From NCBI GenBank assembly GCA_028534125.1, contig CM052816.1:1364001-1428000 (forward strand): a stretch of DNA of 64,000 nt. Reading direction: 5' to 3'. This DNA is from Lama glama. Lineage: Eukaryota. Below the pieces are notes generated by a model. It was not told where the DNA came from, did not search any database, and was given only the letters and a program-made list of their open reading frames with translations. Below, piece by piece: positions 13,040 through 24,725 of this stretch (position 1 is its first letter; each line of letters begins with the position of its first letter). Both the position numbers and the translations under genes were made by a program.

Positions 13040-13905
13040 CCAAAGCCCCAAAGAACTCAAAGCCCCTCCATCTTCTCTGTATTCGTTAAGGGCATCACCA
13101 TCTACCCAGTACGTGAAGCCAAGGAATCAAGCTAATTTCTCACACCAGCCCTCCCAACTGAATCCACCAGTATGTCAACTCCACCTCCAAAATATATCTG
13201 AAATCATTCATTTCTCTTCACTTGATCCACAGTTCAAGCTACTATCATCTTTGCCCAGGCTACCGGATTAGGCCCTAATTGGTCTCAATGCTCTGCACCA
13301 CCCCTGCCCCACACCCTTCATTCTCTGCACCACAACCAGAATACTCTTAATAAAATGTAAATATTTTATTCCATCTCTACTCTGGCTTAAAATTACCCAT
13401 CTGTTTCCTACTGCACTTGGAAGAAACTTCAAATTCCTTCCCATGGCTCACAAAGTGGTCCATCATCAGATACTCCTATTTCATCGCCCCATTCTCTTCC
13501 GTAATCACTATGCTCCAGCTACTACTGGCCCCTCCACTCCCTGTATGCCAAGAATACACCAAGCTTGTAGCTACCTTAGGGCCTTTATACTAACTGCTCC
13601 CCTTGTAAGGAACATTTCCCTCTCAGATCCTCACACATTTGACTCCTTTTTCCCTCCAAGTCTTTGCTGAAATGCCACCTCCCCAGACAAGTCCTTCCCG
13701 ACCAATCAGTTTAAAGTGGTCCTCCTGATCCTTCCGACCCCCACCCCTTCATCACTTCATCTTATCATTTTACCCCATACCTCCCAATCAGAATGTACCT
13801 ATGAGAGATGAGAAATCCTGTCTTCTTCACCACTGTATTCCTAAGCGCCTCAAACAATGCCTGGCATGTGGAAGAAACTCAAACATTTCTTGAATAAATG
13901 AATGA
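13040..13905 (+). mobile_element. L2 LINE 3' fragment
   Basis: Pyrimidine-rich L2 body ending cttcaccactgtattcct..aatgcctggca..ttgaataaatgaatga. Confidence 0.75.
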
Positions 13906-14923
13906 GACAAAATTTCTGTAACTTGCAAGACCAATTACTGGCCCTCAGGGAAGAGATAACCTTATTCAGCTACTGAATGAAGGAAGACTATGCACAAGGC
14001 CCTATGACAGTGGTCCTCAAACTTCAGTGTGTGCACAAGAACCCAGAGAATTTATGCGTGTGGCCTCAGAGCTCCACTTTGGCAAGCAGCCCACAGTGCA
14101 GTATATTCTATATGTCCCCAAACTAAAAGCATCTAAGAGGATACTGTGAGCAACTATACACCAACAAAAACTATAAGCATCTTTGTATCACAACCTTATT
14201 ACAGCAATAATCCTCATCTGCTACCAGGTGTGCCACCTCAGCCAAGCTTTCAGAATCACTTATTTCCTGTGCAGATCTAGTACATGTCAAATGTTGGATA
14301 AAATCCCATTCCTCTGGGTAGTCAAGTCTACATTTAAGTTTTCACAAATAGTTCAGACTGCTGCTGAAACACACACACACATACACAGTGCTTTCCTTAA
14401 GAGATGTCTCAACCAAATCCTAACTGCCTTCCTCTTCCATCATCCTTGATTTATGAGTTCTGCTGAGAGCTGGCACCCACTTGTGGCCGGATTATCTTCT
14501 AAGCCACAGGGCAAGTCAAGTCAGCTTGAATAACACAGTTTAGCTATTGATACTAGGTACATTTGGCAATACAGACCCTATGACAGCAAATCTTTCCTGA
14601 ATCCTCAAAGGTCAGCTTTATGTGCTTTTTTTTTTTTTAGCAAAAAGTCCAGCCTGGTTGTAAAGAATTCATTTTTATTTATTTATATTCTCAAACTCTA
14701 ATAACTTCTTTTGTTGTTAATTATAAATGTATCACACGCTTACTATAAAAAAAGGCAAATGTTACAAAATTGTATTAAATATAAGTAAAAATTGCCCAAT
14801 AATCACACTCCACAAAGCTACTCACTTTTTACAATTTGGTGTCTCTCCTTCTAAACTTTCATGTATAAACGTGTTTTCATATAGGTTTTTAACTTAAAAG
14901 GAATTGTCACTTTTATAATACGC

Positions 14924-16242
14924 TGTAAAGGGACAACATCTCTGTCTCCTCTACTCTCAATACTTACTCTGAACACTTCTGTGACCAGATGTGTGGAAGT
15001 TTCCCCCACATCAAGCAACTCCAGCTCCACAGTGGACCCTAGCTGGTGAACTACCATTTAACTCAATTCTGATACAATCTACCTGGAGACAGTGTCAGAT
15101 CCCACAGGTTAAGGCTCGGTCCCACACGTCTGGCCCCATTCCCACTTCAGATGCCAACTGCAAGTCCAGGGTGTCGCCTCTTTTTTTTGGTTTATATATT
15201 TTTTCTTTTTTATTCAAGTACAGTTGATGTACAGTATTATATAAGTTGATGTACAATATTATGTAAGTTATATAGAAGGTGTCCAACACAGTGATTCACA
15301 ATTTTTAAAGGTTATACTCCATTTATAGTTACTATAAAATATTGGCTATATTCCGTGTTGTACAATATACCTCCGTAGCTTATTTATTTTATACATAACA
15401 GTGTGTACCTCTTAATCCCCTACCCCTATCTTGCCCCTCCCTCCTTCCTTCTCCCCAATGACAACCACTAGTTCTCTGTATCTGTGAGTCTGTTTCTTTA
15501 TTCTTATACTCACTGGTGTGTTATATTTTTTAGATACCACATATAAGTGATATCATACAGTATTTGTCTTTCTGACTTATTTCACTTAGCATAATGTCCT
15601 CCAAGTCCATCTACACAACTGCTGTCACCACTGCTCTTGACCCATGGGCTATATACTGGTGGTTCCCATAACCACCTCCTTGGGTTCAATTAATTTGCTA
15701 GAGCGGTTCACAGAATTCAGGAAAAGAGCTTATTTATTAGATTACCACTTTATTATAAAGGATATAACTCAGGAACAGTCTGATAGAAGAGACGCATAGG
15801 GCAAGGTATGTGGGAAGGGGCACTGGGCTTCCATGCCCTCTGGATGTGTCACCTTAGAACGCACGTATGTTCACCAACTCTGAAACTCTCTGAGCCCCAT
15901 CCTTCTGGGTTTTTAATGGAAGCTTCATTATGTAAACAGGATTGATTAATCATTGGTCATCAGTGATTAACTCAACCTCCAGCCCCTCTCCCCTCCCCAG
16001 AGGTGGGGACAGAGCGAGGTGGGGCTGAGAGCTTCAAATTCTGACAACCAGACTTCATCCTTAGGGGCTTTCCAGAAGTCACTTCATTAACAGTAACTCA
16101 GATGTGTTTCAAAGGGGCTTGTTATGAATAACAAAATATACCTTTACCTCTTTTCACTTAGGAAATTACAAAGGTTTTAGGAACTCTAGGTCAGGAGCTG
16201 GACAAACACCAAATATATATTTATTGTAAATCATTTATCACA
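14924..16242. mobile_element. MER21-like LTR interrupted by an antisense L1 3'-end fragment (about 15180-15612)
   Basis: Matches recalled MER21 words (tctacctggag..agtgtcagatcccacaggttaa; ttattataaaggatataactcaggaacag; gggcaaggtatgtgggaagggg) and has TG...CA ends. The internal block is an L1 3' UTR starting with poly-T. Confidence 0.75.
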
Positions 16243-16493
16243 CTTGCTTAATTCATTTAACTATGGGCCTATTTCCATGTCAATACTAAGATATATCTTT
16301 CTTTTTAACGACTATATTGCACACTACCACACAGATATGCCAAAAATGTTTAAAGTATTCCCCTTTGTTCATCATTAGTTCTAGTTTTCCAAAGTTATGA
16401 ATGATCCTGCAACATATCTCTATTATATACGTCTACATGTATCTTTAGTAACTTCCTTAAAGTAAATGACTAGAAGAGAATCAGAAGTTTAAA

Positions 16494-16700
16494 GCTGTAC
16501 CATCCAATAAGGTACTCACTAGCCATGTGTGACTAAAATTAAAAAATTGAAAAATTCAGCTTATCAGCTGTATTAGCCACATTTCAACTGCTCAACAACC
16601 AGATGATTTAAAAATGTGGTAGCCAATGGTTACCATATTGGACAGTGTAGAAACAGAACATTTCCATCACTACAGAAGTTTCTATTGATAGCCCTGATCT
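16494..16700. mobile_element. MER3-like hAT-Charlie element
   Basis: tccaataaggta..cactagccatgtgtg..tagccacatttcaa.tgctcaa..gttaccatattggacagtgtag. Confidence 0.7.
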
Positions 16701-18059
16701 AAAGAAATGCTCATACAAAACTCTGATATCTATATCCCATAGAAATGAGGCAGCAATTCAAACTCCCAATATTAGTACATGAGTTCCTACATCATTTTCT
16801 TGTCAATATCATATCAGTGCTTTGTGCTGCGAAATAAGACAGAACATTTTAATGTGCATATAAAAATTATTAGTGAGGCTGAAAGTCTTCACATTTTGTG
16901 GCCATTTGTATTTATTTTTGTTGTTGAATTAATTACCTGAATTCTGTCTATTTTAAAAGAATCAAGCTTAAAGATACTCTGTTCCTGATGACCTATAAAA
17001 CCAAACCCTATGTGAAGAGACATATTTCCTAGTAATTACACAAAAATATGTATCAAAAACGGCATAAAAATAGCTAATACTACAATTGGTGTGAATGACA
17101 CAAGTGTATACAGTTGTTAAAACTCTATGAACTGAACACATAAGAACTTAAAACAGTTTCATCATATAGAAGTGACACCCTAATTTTTAAAAGGAAGCAA
17201 AAGTTTTAAAAGTATTATGCTACTTATAATATTTAATTAATAAGCATCAAAATAATTAATTCAAATATTTATAGAACTTAGAATTTCCTCGCTAGGAGAC
17301 CAAAAGAAAAAAACAGTTCTTCTATAATGAGAATGGGGAGCAGAGTACGTAACTTTGAGGCAAACCACTCAATTGTCAAACCGATGGCAATGGAAAAAAC
17401 TCACTGTATCAGGGCAAAACATATTAAGGTATCAGAAAAGTATTGCTAACATTATAACACAGATGCTTAATCAAGGTTCCTAAAAAGCCTGCACCAGTGA
17501 TACGAAAAATGAACCAAACACTCACTTCCTGGAAAACGGTTTCCCTAATGTTATTGAACGGTACTTGATTTAATTTTCCAAGTCATTTCTGCTAAGGTAG
17601 TTATGAACTTGGCTCCTTTTTGCCCTTTATCCTTCTCTGCTGGTGGCACACACTAGCACAAAAGCTAACACATGCATGTTAAAACCAGCAGATCTGACAA
17701 TGAAAATTGCTTAAGGAGGGACAAAGACAAGATGCTCCTCCTCACCTCCCACTTCTTCCCCATCCCCCACTCTTACACTGCACATTTACCATCTCAGTCC
17801 TTTCGGCGTGTGAGCTGTTCAAAGGCATTAGCTACAAACCTCATTCAAGTTCTCTGCAGACAAACTCAGTTACTACGGTGACTCTTCAGGCAACCTTGCT
17901 TATGAGATCAGGAGGAAGGATATATGGAGGTCACCAAGCCTCTGTCTCCCAAAGTGAAGGCTTGCTTAGTCACTTGTGCAAGGGCAAAGCAAAGGATCGT
18001 GTATATTTTATTCATGTATCTACTTTGTAGGAAGATAGCTGTTTTTGTTAAATTCTACA

Positions 18060-18270
18060 TTGTACTTTGGAATCAGAGAGATCTGGGTTTGAGAATTAGT
18101 TCTGCCATTTATTAGATACGTGACTTTAGGCAAGTTACTACTCTAAGATCTGTTCTCTTATGGGGAATGCTAACAGCCTATGTCTTGTAGACGTGTTGTG
18201 AACATTAAATGAAAACACAAGTAACATTTTAAGCTCAGTGGTTGGCATGATATAGATGTTTAACAAATGA
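18060..18270 (+). mobile_element. MIR SINE (representative copy; similar remnants at about 22.2-22.45, 23.95-24.14, 27.7-27.9, 43.35-43.5, 44.6-44.87, 48.2-48.4, 59.0-59.18 and 61.86-62.06 kb)
   Basis: tggaatcagagagatctgggtttga..tctgccattta..gtgactttaggcaagttact is a MIR core. Confidence 0.7.
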
Positions 18271-18780
18271 TAGCCACTATCACACACAATTCTGTTCCTC
18301 AAGAATGATATGTAAGTGATCCAGGTCCCAGCCACTGCTCTCTGTAACCAAATCCCCACCAGGATATCCAGGCGGTCACTTTTTGTTAACAAAGAATTAA
18401 CATAAAGCAGGCAGCATACCATAGTTCTAAAGTCTGACTAAAAAATGTCCACTACAGGAATTTCAGCAGACGACCATAGATAAGATTGTTAAAAAAAAAA
18501 AAAAAGGCAAAAGGTATATTATATACATGTTAGAAACAATGACACAGGATGAACATAAGAACTCAAAATTCACATAAAAAAGGGAAATTTCTTTGCTAAG
18601 TAGAAACACTCAAGGCTACTGATTCATCTCATATTCATTTCTATTAAAGCAGTAAGGTCAAAGATTGGCAAGTCACTCTTTACCACAGATGAAGCAGTCT
18701 ATGAAACAGTATCAGACACATTTATTCACTTGAAGAAGCAGTTTATGTAGCAGATCACGTACAATAAAGAAAATATTTAC

Positions 18781-19113
18781 CTTTTTCTCTTCATCGGGCA
18801 TGTTTTTTTCCAGTTCTATTAGATACTCTTCATCTAGTTCAGAGGAATTCACATCATTTTCAGGTTTGTTTTCAACCTCGTCCACTCTTGGCTCCTCCTT
18901 CTCAAATGAGGCACTGGGGTCATAAAAGCACTCCTCTTCTCCCTGGTCCTCCTGAGGATGGGTCTCAACATCCTGGAGCAGTTTGCTCTGAGAATGGTGA
19001 TCTTTGGCATTAGAAACTGGAGGGCTAGCACCCTCCGCTTCCTGGGGATCTGTAACTTTCAAACCATTAAACAGATCCTCTGGAACCCTACAGTTTTTTG
19101 ACTTCTCCTCCAT
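18781..19113 (-). CDS. TTC1: TTC1 (tetratricopeptide repeat protein 1) first coding exon, 111 codons: MEEKSKNCRVPEDLFNGLKVTD...SSELDEEYLIELEKNMPDEEKK. The TPR-encoding exons lie beyond the left edge of the window.
   Basis: The translation matches the recalled acidic N-terminus of mammalian TTC1 (xEKSxNCxVPEDLxNGLKVTD...NSSELDEEYLIELEKNMxDEEK). The ATG at 19113-19111 is in a strong Kozak context (AGCATGG). There is a phase-0 donor AAG|GTAAAT at 18781/18780 and an acceptor (cgttttctctttcccAG|) with the exon starting at 19143. Syntenic with ADRA1B. Confidence 0.95.
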
Positions 19114-19143
19114 GCTCAATCAGTGACGGAGGTGAAGATGAAA
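19114..19143 (-). other. TTC1: TTC1 exon 2, 5' UTR portion
   Basis: Lies between the polypyrimidine/AG acceptor (AG at 19145-19144) and the start codon. Confidence 0.85.
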
Positions 19144-19710
19144 CTGGGAAAGAGAAAACGTGTTTTAGGTAATGGGATCTAACCTATCAAACCTGAACAA
19201 ACTTCTGAATCAAAGCTCAAATCACACCTCAACTTCCTTTCACTGAATTCATTACATATATAATTATACATTATATATATAGAGGTAATCATAAGCCCAT
19301 AAATAACGCCAAATGTAATTTTAAATGATACCCTTTTCAGAACTTCTTATAAGCAACAAAAGAGGCCGATTTTAATGTGACTCTTCCGTTTCCACTGCTC
19401 CCAGTTTGTCGGGGTAGCAAAAAAAAATAGACCGAAACGACAACAATGGCAAGAAAAATGAAGCAGTCCTAACCTTTATTCAGAATGAATAGCCAAATGG
19501 TAAGTAAGAAACTATGGCCTGTCTTTCCAGCACCACCACAGGAAGGTCAAGAATTTTTGGTGGAGCTCAAAATGCAATTTGTGCCAGAAGAGTAATCATC
19601 AATTACACCCAAATGCCTGTGATAGACAACACGTAGGTTACGGCGGAATGGGAGCCCTGACGCAGGTGGCCCTAATCAGGATCCCCGAGAGAGTCAAAAT
19701 CAACCACTAA

Positions 19711-19890
19711 AAGCGTGGTTTTCAACCCTGGCTGCACAGCATTAACACCTGGGACGCTTTAGCAAGTACTGCTGCGCAGGTCTTATCCTCACTGATTCAT
19801 TGGTCCGGCGTCTGGCCAGGACATCACTATTTTTAAAAAAGGCATCCCAGGTGATTTTCATGTGTAGCCAATTGAGAACCACTACTGTAG
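19711..19890. mobile_element. MER5A-like element in TTC1 intron 1
   Basis: gtggttttcaaccctggctgcaca..cacctggg..ccaggtgattt..ttgagaaccact. Confidence 0.75.
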
Positions 19891-20190
19891 AAGCTGAGTC
19901 ACACCGTCAGCAGCCCTGCCTCTCCGCTCGCAACAAAACACGCCAACGACCCTTGAGTCGCGACAATTTGCCCCAGCTTGTCCCAAGAAAACTTAAAAAC
20001 ACCAAGATTTGAATACGGAGACCTCTCCTCCACAGCAGTGTTTTTTGTTTCTCCCCGCTTCCAGGTCCAGTGGAAGAAGGCAGGAGTCTGAGGCCCTAGG
20101 GTTAAGGAGGGCCCACCCCACGCTTCCCAACAGTTCTTCCTCTAGCTGCGACCCTCACCAGCAAAAGAACGGACCCACCGGGTTACTCAC

Positions 20191-20265
20191 AGCTCCACAG
20201 CTCGTCTCCTCCTCACCTTCCTAGCGTCTGAGACTCTTCACTTCCGCTCAGTCAAGTGCTCTTCC
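20191..20265 (-). other. TTC1: TTC1 non-coding exon 1 (approximate; TSS not resolvable)
   Basis: CpG-rich segment directly downstream of the promoter motifs. Candidate donors are GCT|GTGAGT (exon end 20191) and AAG|GTGAGG (exon end 20217); I cannot tell which is used. Confidence 0.65.
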
Positions 20266-20420
20266 GCCAGCGCCGACCAATAGCGTCACTGTTGGCAAAG
20301 CATCCTGGGAAATGTAGTGAAACCCTAAGGGAAAGAGGGCGTCGCTGTCGCTGTGTGACGTCATCGTACGGACTGAAATATGAGCGACGGTCGCCATCTT
20401 GGGTTACGGCAACACTGCGT
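20236..20420 (-). promoter_or_regulatory. TTC1: TTC1 housekeeping-type CpG promoter
   Basis: Contains ETS/GABPA-like GCGGAAG(T) twice (about 20240-20267), CCAAT at 20277-20281, a ZNF143/SBS motif ACTACATTTCCCAGGATGC (minus, 20300-20318), a full CRE TGACGTCA at 20356-20363 and YY1 CAAGATGGCG (minus, 20392-20401). No TATA box seen. Confidence 0.85.
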
Positions 20421-20619
20421 TACTCAGCACAGGAGAAAAGGAAAAGAGAAAGGCTGTCTCTACTGTGTTCCTTTTACTCCTCCAGAATGACCTCTCTCAA
20501 GATAGATGTGCTGTATGTAGAGGAATCCTGAAGCCTAAACCTTGTCGTTCAAAAATAGTTTTTCCTCTAAAGATTCTCAAAGTATTTTTCAACGGGTCCA
20601 TCGCTAGATCAATACAGTG

Positions 20620-21010
20620 TTGATAACCATACTAAGTTGTTATCTGCTTTTTCCATACTCCTCTCATGAATGTACAGTCGATTTTTCCAGAGGTTATGGG
20701 TCCTGTGGTAGCGTAAGGAATTGAACGCAGAAGGAGCTATGAGAATCCATCTGTCTTCTATTAAGCCAGAGATTTGCAAAAATGTAAAACAATGCCACTC
20801 TTCTCACTGTATTGTTTTGGAAAATAGTTATTATCTATAAAAGGATTATTTGTATTAGTATATAATGAGTGAATTGTTATCTTGTGAATTAATAAATTAA
20901 TATTGCAATGTTTTCAGTTCTAATACAGTAAATATTGATAGGTATATCCCACATAAAAGCTTTTTGTGGTTCTCGATAATATTTCAGAGTAAGTAGGCCT
21001 GGAACCAAAA
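20620..21010. mobile_element. hAT-family DNA transposon remnant upstream of the TTC1 promoter
   Basis: atgagaatcca.ctgtcttctattaagccaga..atttgcaaaaatgtaaaacaatgccactcttctcact, recalled from hAT consensus sequences. Confidence 0.55.
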
Positions 21011-21505
21011 GCAAGGTGCTGGCCTATAGATTCATTCAAGAAGTGTTTATTGAATGTTTATTAGACCCCACGCATTGCGCACTAGGAAAACAGAACTGAT
21101 ATATCCCTTAAGGTAGCCAGAGAGGTAACCAGCAATAACAGCAGAGTATTAATTCATTTTCTATAATTCAAAGAACCCATTGCAGAGATAGCTGGGAAAG
21201 GCTTTTTCAGGAAGGATATCAAATTTGCTTTTTGAATTTAATGTCTAAAGGAGGTTATGCATACAGTTACATTTTTGTGTAAGTGAACAGCTTTAATATA
21301 CTAAAAGTAAACATTAAAAATATATCAGAATTTTTGAAACCTTTTAATATTTCTTAATTTAAAAAAATACAGCAGGAACTTCAGAAAGATTAGGCCTCTT
21401 TTGACTTTTAAGAAGTCCTGTTAGTTAAATTCTAGTTTGATAGAAAGGCTGTAAATTTTAGAGCAAACTAAGTAAATGAATAAATACATAAAATAAACAA
21501 GTTAC

Positions 21506-22100
21506 TGTTGCAGAAAAGTGTGTTACAGCTCAGTGTTACAGCTCAGTTGTGACAGCAACCTGGATCCGGGCAAGAGACCAAGCAGCACTCAGAGAGTTGG
21601 AAAACTCAGGTTCATTATGCCAGCTGGCCCAGATAAGTTAACGCTCCAAGCTCTGGACCCCATCTATAGGTTCACACAGGCTTTTATAGGCTGCCAGTTT
21701 ACACTCTGCAACATCATATGCAAAAAAGGTATAACAAAAGTTGACCAATTAGGAACAAGCTTTATAGAAATGGACCAATCAGGAGGGAGAGAAATAACCA
21801 ATCAGGAGTGAGGGAAATGGACCAATCAGGACTGAAAGAAATAACCAATCATGGAGTGAGCTCCATGCAAGTGAAGTACTACAAATGGACCAATCAGAAG
21901 TTACAGAAATGGACCGATCAGGAGTGAGCTCAGGGAACCAATAGAATTTTAGGGGTAAGTTCCATTCTCCTAGAAGTAAGCCCTTTCAGAGGCAAAAAGT
22001 GAGATAGAGCCTCTTGGCCAGGAAACCAGAGGGTGCTGGTAGGATAGTAGTGGCTCTGCTTGGGTATCCCGCCAGTCTTCTTATGGGCCTTCCCACCTCA
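21506..22100 (-). mobile_element. Solo ERV LTR (class I-like) with a tandem CCAAT array
   Basis: TG...CA termini and a 4-bp TSD TTAC (21502-21505, 22101-22104). Minus-strand TATAAAA at 21682-21688; repeated CCAAT units at 21745-21942. Confidence 0.85.
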
Positions 22101-23206
22101 TTACAACATCAGCTTTTTAACTTTATCAGCTGTCCAATTTTGGGTGATAATTCTAATAGCTAACCTTTATTGATCATATGCTTGTTATATGTGACATGTG
22201 GTGGAAAATGCTGTAGGTGGGTTATCTGAATTCTAAATCTGGCTCTGCCACTTGACTAGCTATGTGACTTCGGGGCCAATTATTTAATGCTCCTAAGCTT
22301 TAATATACAAATTTATCTCATATGTAAACATTAGGATGGGTAACAGTGGTACCTCCCTGTTAAGTTTGTTGGGAGATAGAAATGATATAATGATAAAGAC
22401 CACAGGCCTTGGCACATAATGTTTAATGAATGGTGAAGACAGTAATAATACTTGACAGGCCTTGTGACAGTAGCTGGGCAGGAAACCTGATAAGACACAG
22501 TCCCTGCTCTCCTGCATCCCCGGGAATCTACAGGCTAGTGCGGGGGGTTGGGCTGGGGGATAAAGGCTCTACTGAGCCTAAAGGAAGAAGCAATCCAGTC
22601 TTTCATTTTTATGCCAAGAAGAACCAGCATCTAGTTGGTTCTGTTTGGTAGGTCTTCACTAATAAGATATTTGACTTAGGCTGTTGAAAGAGGAATAATT
22701 CATTAAGAGGACATGAGCAGGAGAGGCTGAAGGACATCATGAAAATATTAGGAGGATTTAGGGGAAAGATATGTAGTTGGATGTTACTGAGATTATAGAG
22801 CACAAGCAAGAAACAAAATTTTTACAGATGCAAACCCACCAGTCAATTCCTGGAACCGTGGAAATTTTGTCTCTTTGCTTACAACCACTCTGTAAAAGGA
22901 AAAAAAAATGTTTTTCATCTAGAGGGCAGTTCTGTTGTTACTTTCCCAGGACAGAGACCATATCTGTCTTGTTTACAGTTGTAAAGAGTCACTGAACATC
23001 CTGTTATCACAGGGGTGAATGATCCTCTTTCAAAAATTTATGGCCAAAACACTGAGTAACTCAGTGCTCTGATGACTTGCAGAGAGAGTTTGAGACTTCT
23101 GACATTTCTTTATACCATTGTTGTAAGAATTAAACATGGCTTATCTAAAACACATAAAGTGAAGAGAAGCGAAGTGCTCAAGATAGGAAAAAAATACTTT
23201 TATATT

Positions 23207-23346
23207 TTTTGAATTTTTATTATTTTTTGCGGGGGGTTACTAAGTTTGTTTGTTTACTTATTTATTTAATGGAGGTACTGAGGATTGAACACAGGACCTC
23301 ATGTATGCTGAGCATGCACTCTACCACTGAGCTATACCTTCCCCCC
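23207..23346 (-). mobile_element. Camelid-type tRNA-derived SINE (vic-1-like)
   Basis: Minus strand reads GGGGGAAGGTATAGCTCAGTGGTAGAG (A box)...GTGTTCAATCCTCAGTACCTCC (B box), followed by an A-rich tail. Confidence 0.85.
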
Positions 23347-24725
23347 TAAAAATAGTTTAATATTAACAGCACTTACCATGGTAAGTGCTCAACAAATATT
23401 TACTGTTATTGTCATCATTATTATTATTAATGAAGGTATTATGGTAGTACCACTGTTATGATCAATTACAAGTAGTAATTTGATTACTTATTACTAGTGG
23501 TACTAATGATAACCAATAACATTATTAATTGTGATAATATTTGTGAAGCTTTCATTCATACCCCCCGGATGGGGGACAGAACGCCTAAGTTTGTGGAAAG
23601 AATGGAAGCTGAACATGAATGAATGAATAATGAATGAATGCAAGGCAGCATACTAGACCCTGTGAGGGGTACAGTACTAAATCAGGACAGGAGCAAAATA
23701 ATCATTAACTCTTTGCTTTTCTTTTTCGGGAAGCATTTAGGTGATTTCTTAGTGGCACAGGGCCCTTCTCTCAATCAGCAAGCAGTTGCCCATTTGGTCT
23801 GTGGCCAGTTAACTCTGGGCTGGGAGCAGAGCAAGGGCTAGGGAGGGGTAAGCAAGTCTCGGTGATGGCTGGAAGAGATGGAGGGTACAAGAGAAGGAGT
23901 CTTATACTCCAGGGTGGTCCTTTGGGTCACTGGCATGGTAGCGGGACTGCTGTCCATTATGGTGGTTAAGAATGTACATTCTGGTGTCAGACTGCCTGGG
24001 TTTGAATCCCTCCTCTGCCTCTTAGCAGCTCTGTGATCTGATCTTGGACAAGTCACTGAACCTTAAAACCTACCTTAGAAAGTATCATGAATCTTAAATG
24101 GGATGATGAAACTATAGCACTTCGTACAGACCCTGGCACAAACTTGAGATGTATTTTAAGTTTAAAGCACTTTATAGAACCTGCAGGCAGAGATGGAAAT
24201 CACTCCTGCCTCTGCTGGTGACTTATTATACACACACTGTGCTAAACGTTTGGGAGGCTCTGTGAATTGATGCTCCCTGGAGCTAGAGGTTTACATCTTT
24301 GCTAGACTACTCAGTCCTTTTCATGCTCAAAGTGGCATACATTAATGCCACAAGGCTTACTGAGCCTGGCTTCGAGGATAAAGCTTTACACTCAGGGATC
24401 CTCTCAGTCCTGGGCTCCTCCTCCCAGAGTTGGGGTGCCTGAACTTGCTAAAGCAGGGTGCAATATCCAAGAATAATCAGGGATGCCAAAAGAATTCCTT
24501 GAGGATGAGTAGTATATAAAACATACAATTAAGACATAGATCCTGTATTCCTATAGTGCTTCTAAAAGATGCCACTGCTTTTAATTTCTTCCCAGTTCTA
24601 ATCTTCAAATTGAGATCAGTGATAGGAGATATAATCAAGAGTTAACATTCTGTGCATCTATATTTCTAGATTTCTGTTTCTGTTTGAACAGCATGTCCAA
24701 CAGCAGTAGAAGTGAGACACAGATG

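Noticed and set aside
1..18780. Further TTC1 exons (TPR repeats, e.g. the KRREESTRLKEEGNEQFKKG exon)
   Set aside because: Not found by eye on the minus strand. They presumably lie left of the window, though a very short exon could have been missed.
18712..19119. ORF-track 135-aa TTC1 ORF with an extra N-terminal 'MS' and a C-terminal tail VNIFFIVRD...
   Set aside because: The track starts at a TTG and reads through the GT donor at 18780 into the intron. The real coding segment is 18781-19113.
21740..21945. Regularly spaced repeats superficially like a CRISPR array
   Set aside because: Eukaryotic LTR U3 tandem CCAAT units. The spacers are short and related to each other, and there are no cas genes.
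23270..23346. tRNA-like sequences (also at about 30120-30195 and 37250-37325)
   Set aside because: They are SINE heads with AT-rich tails and TSDs, diverged from one another; they are not tRNA genes.
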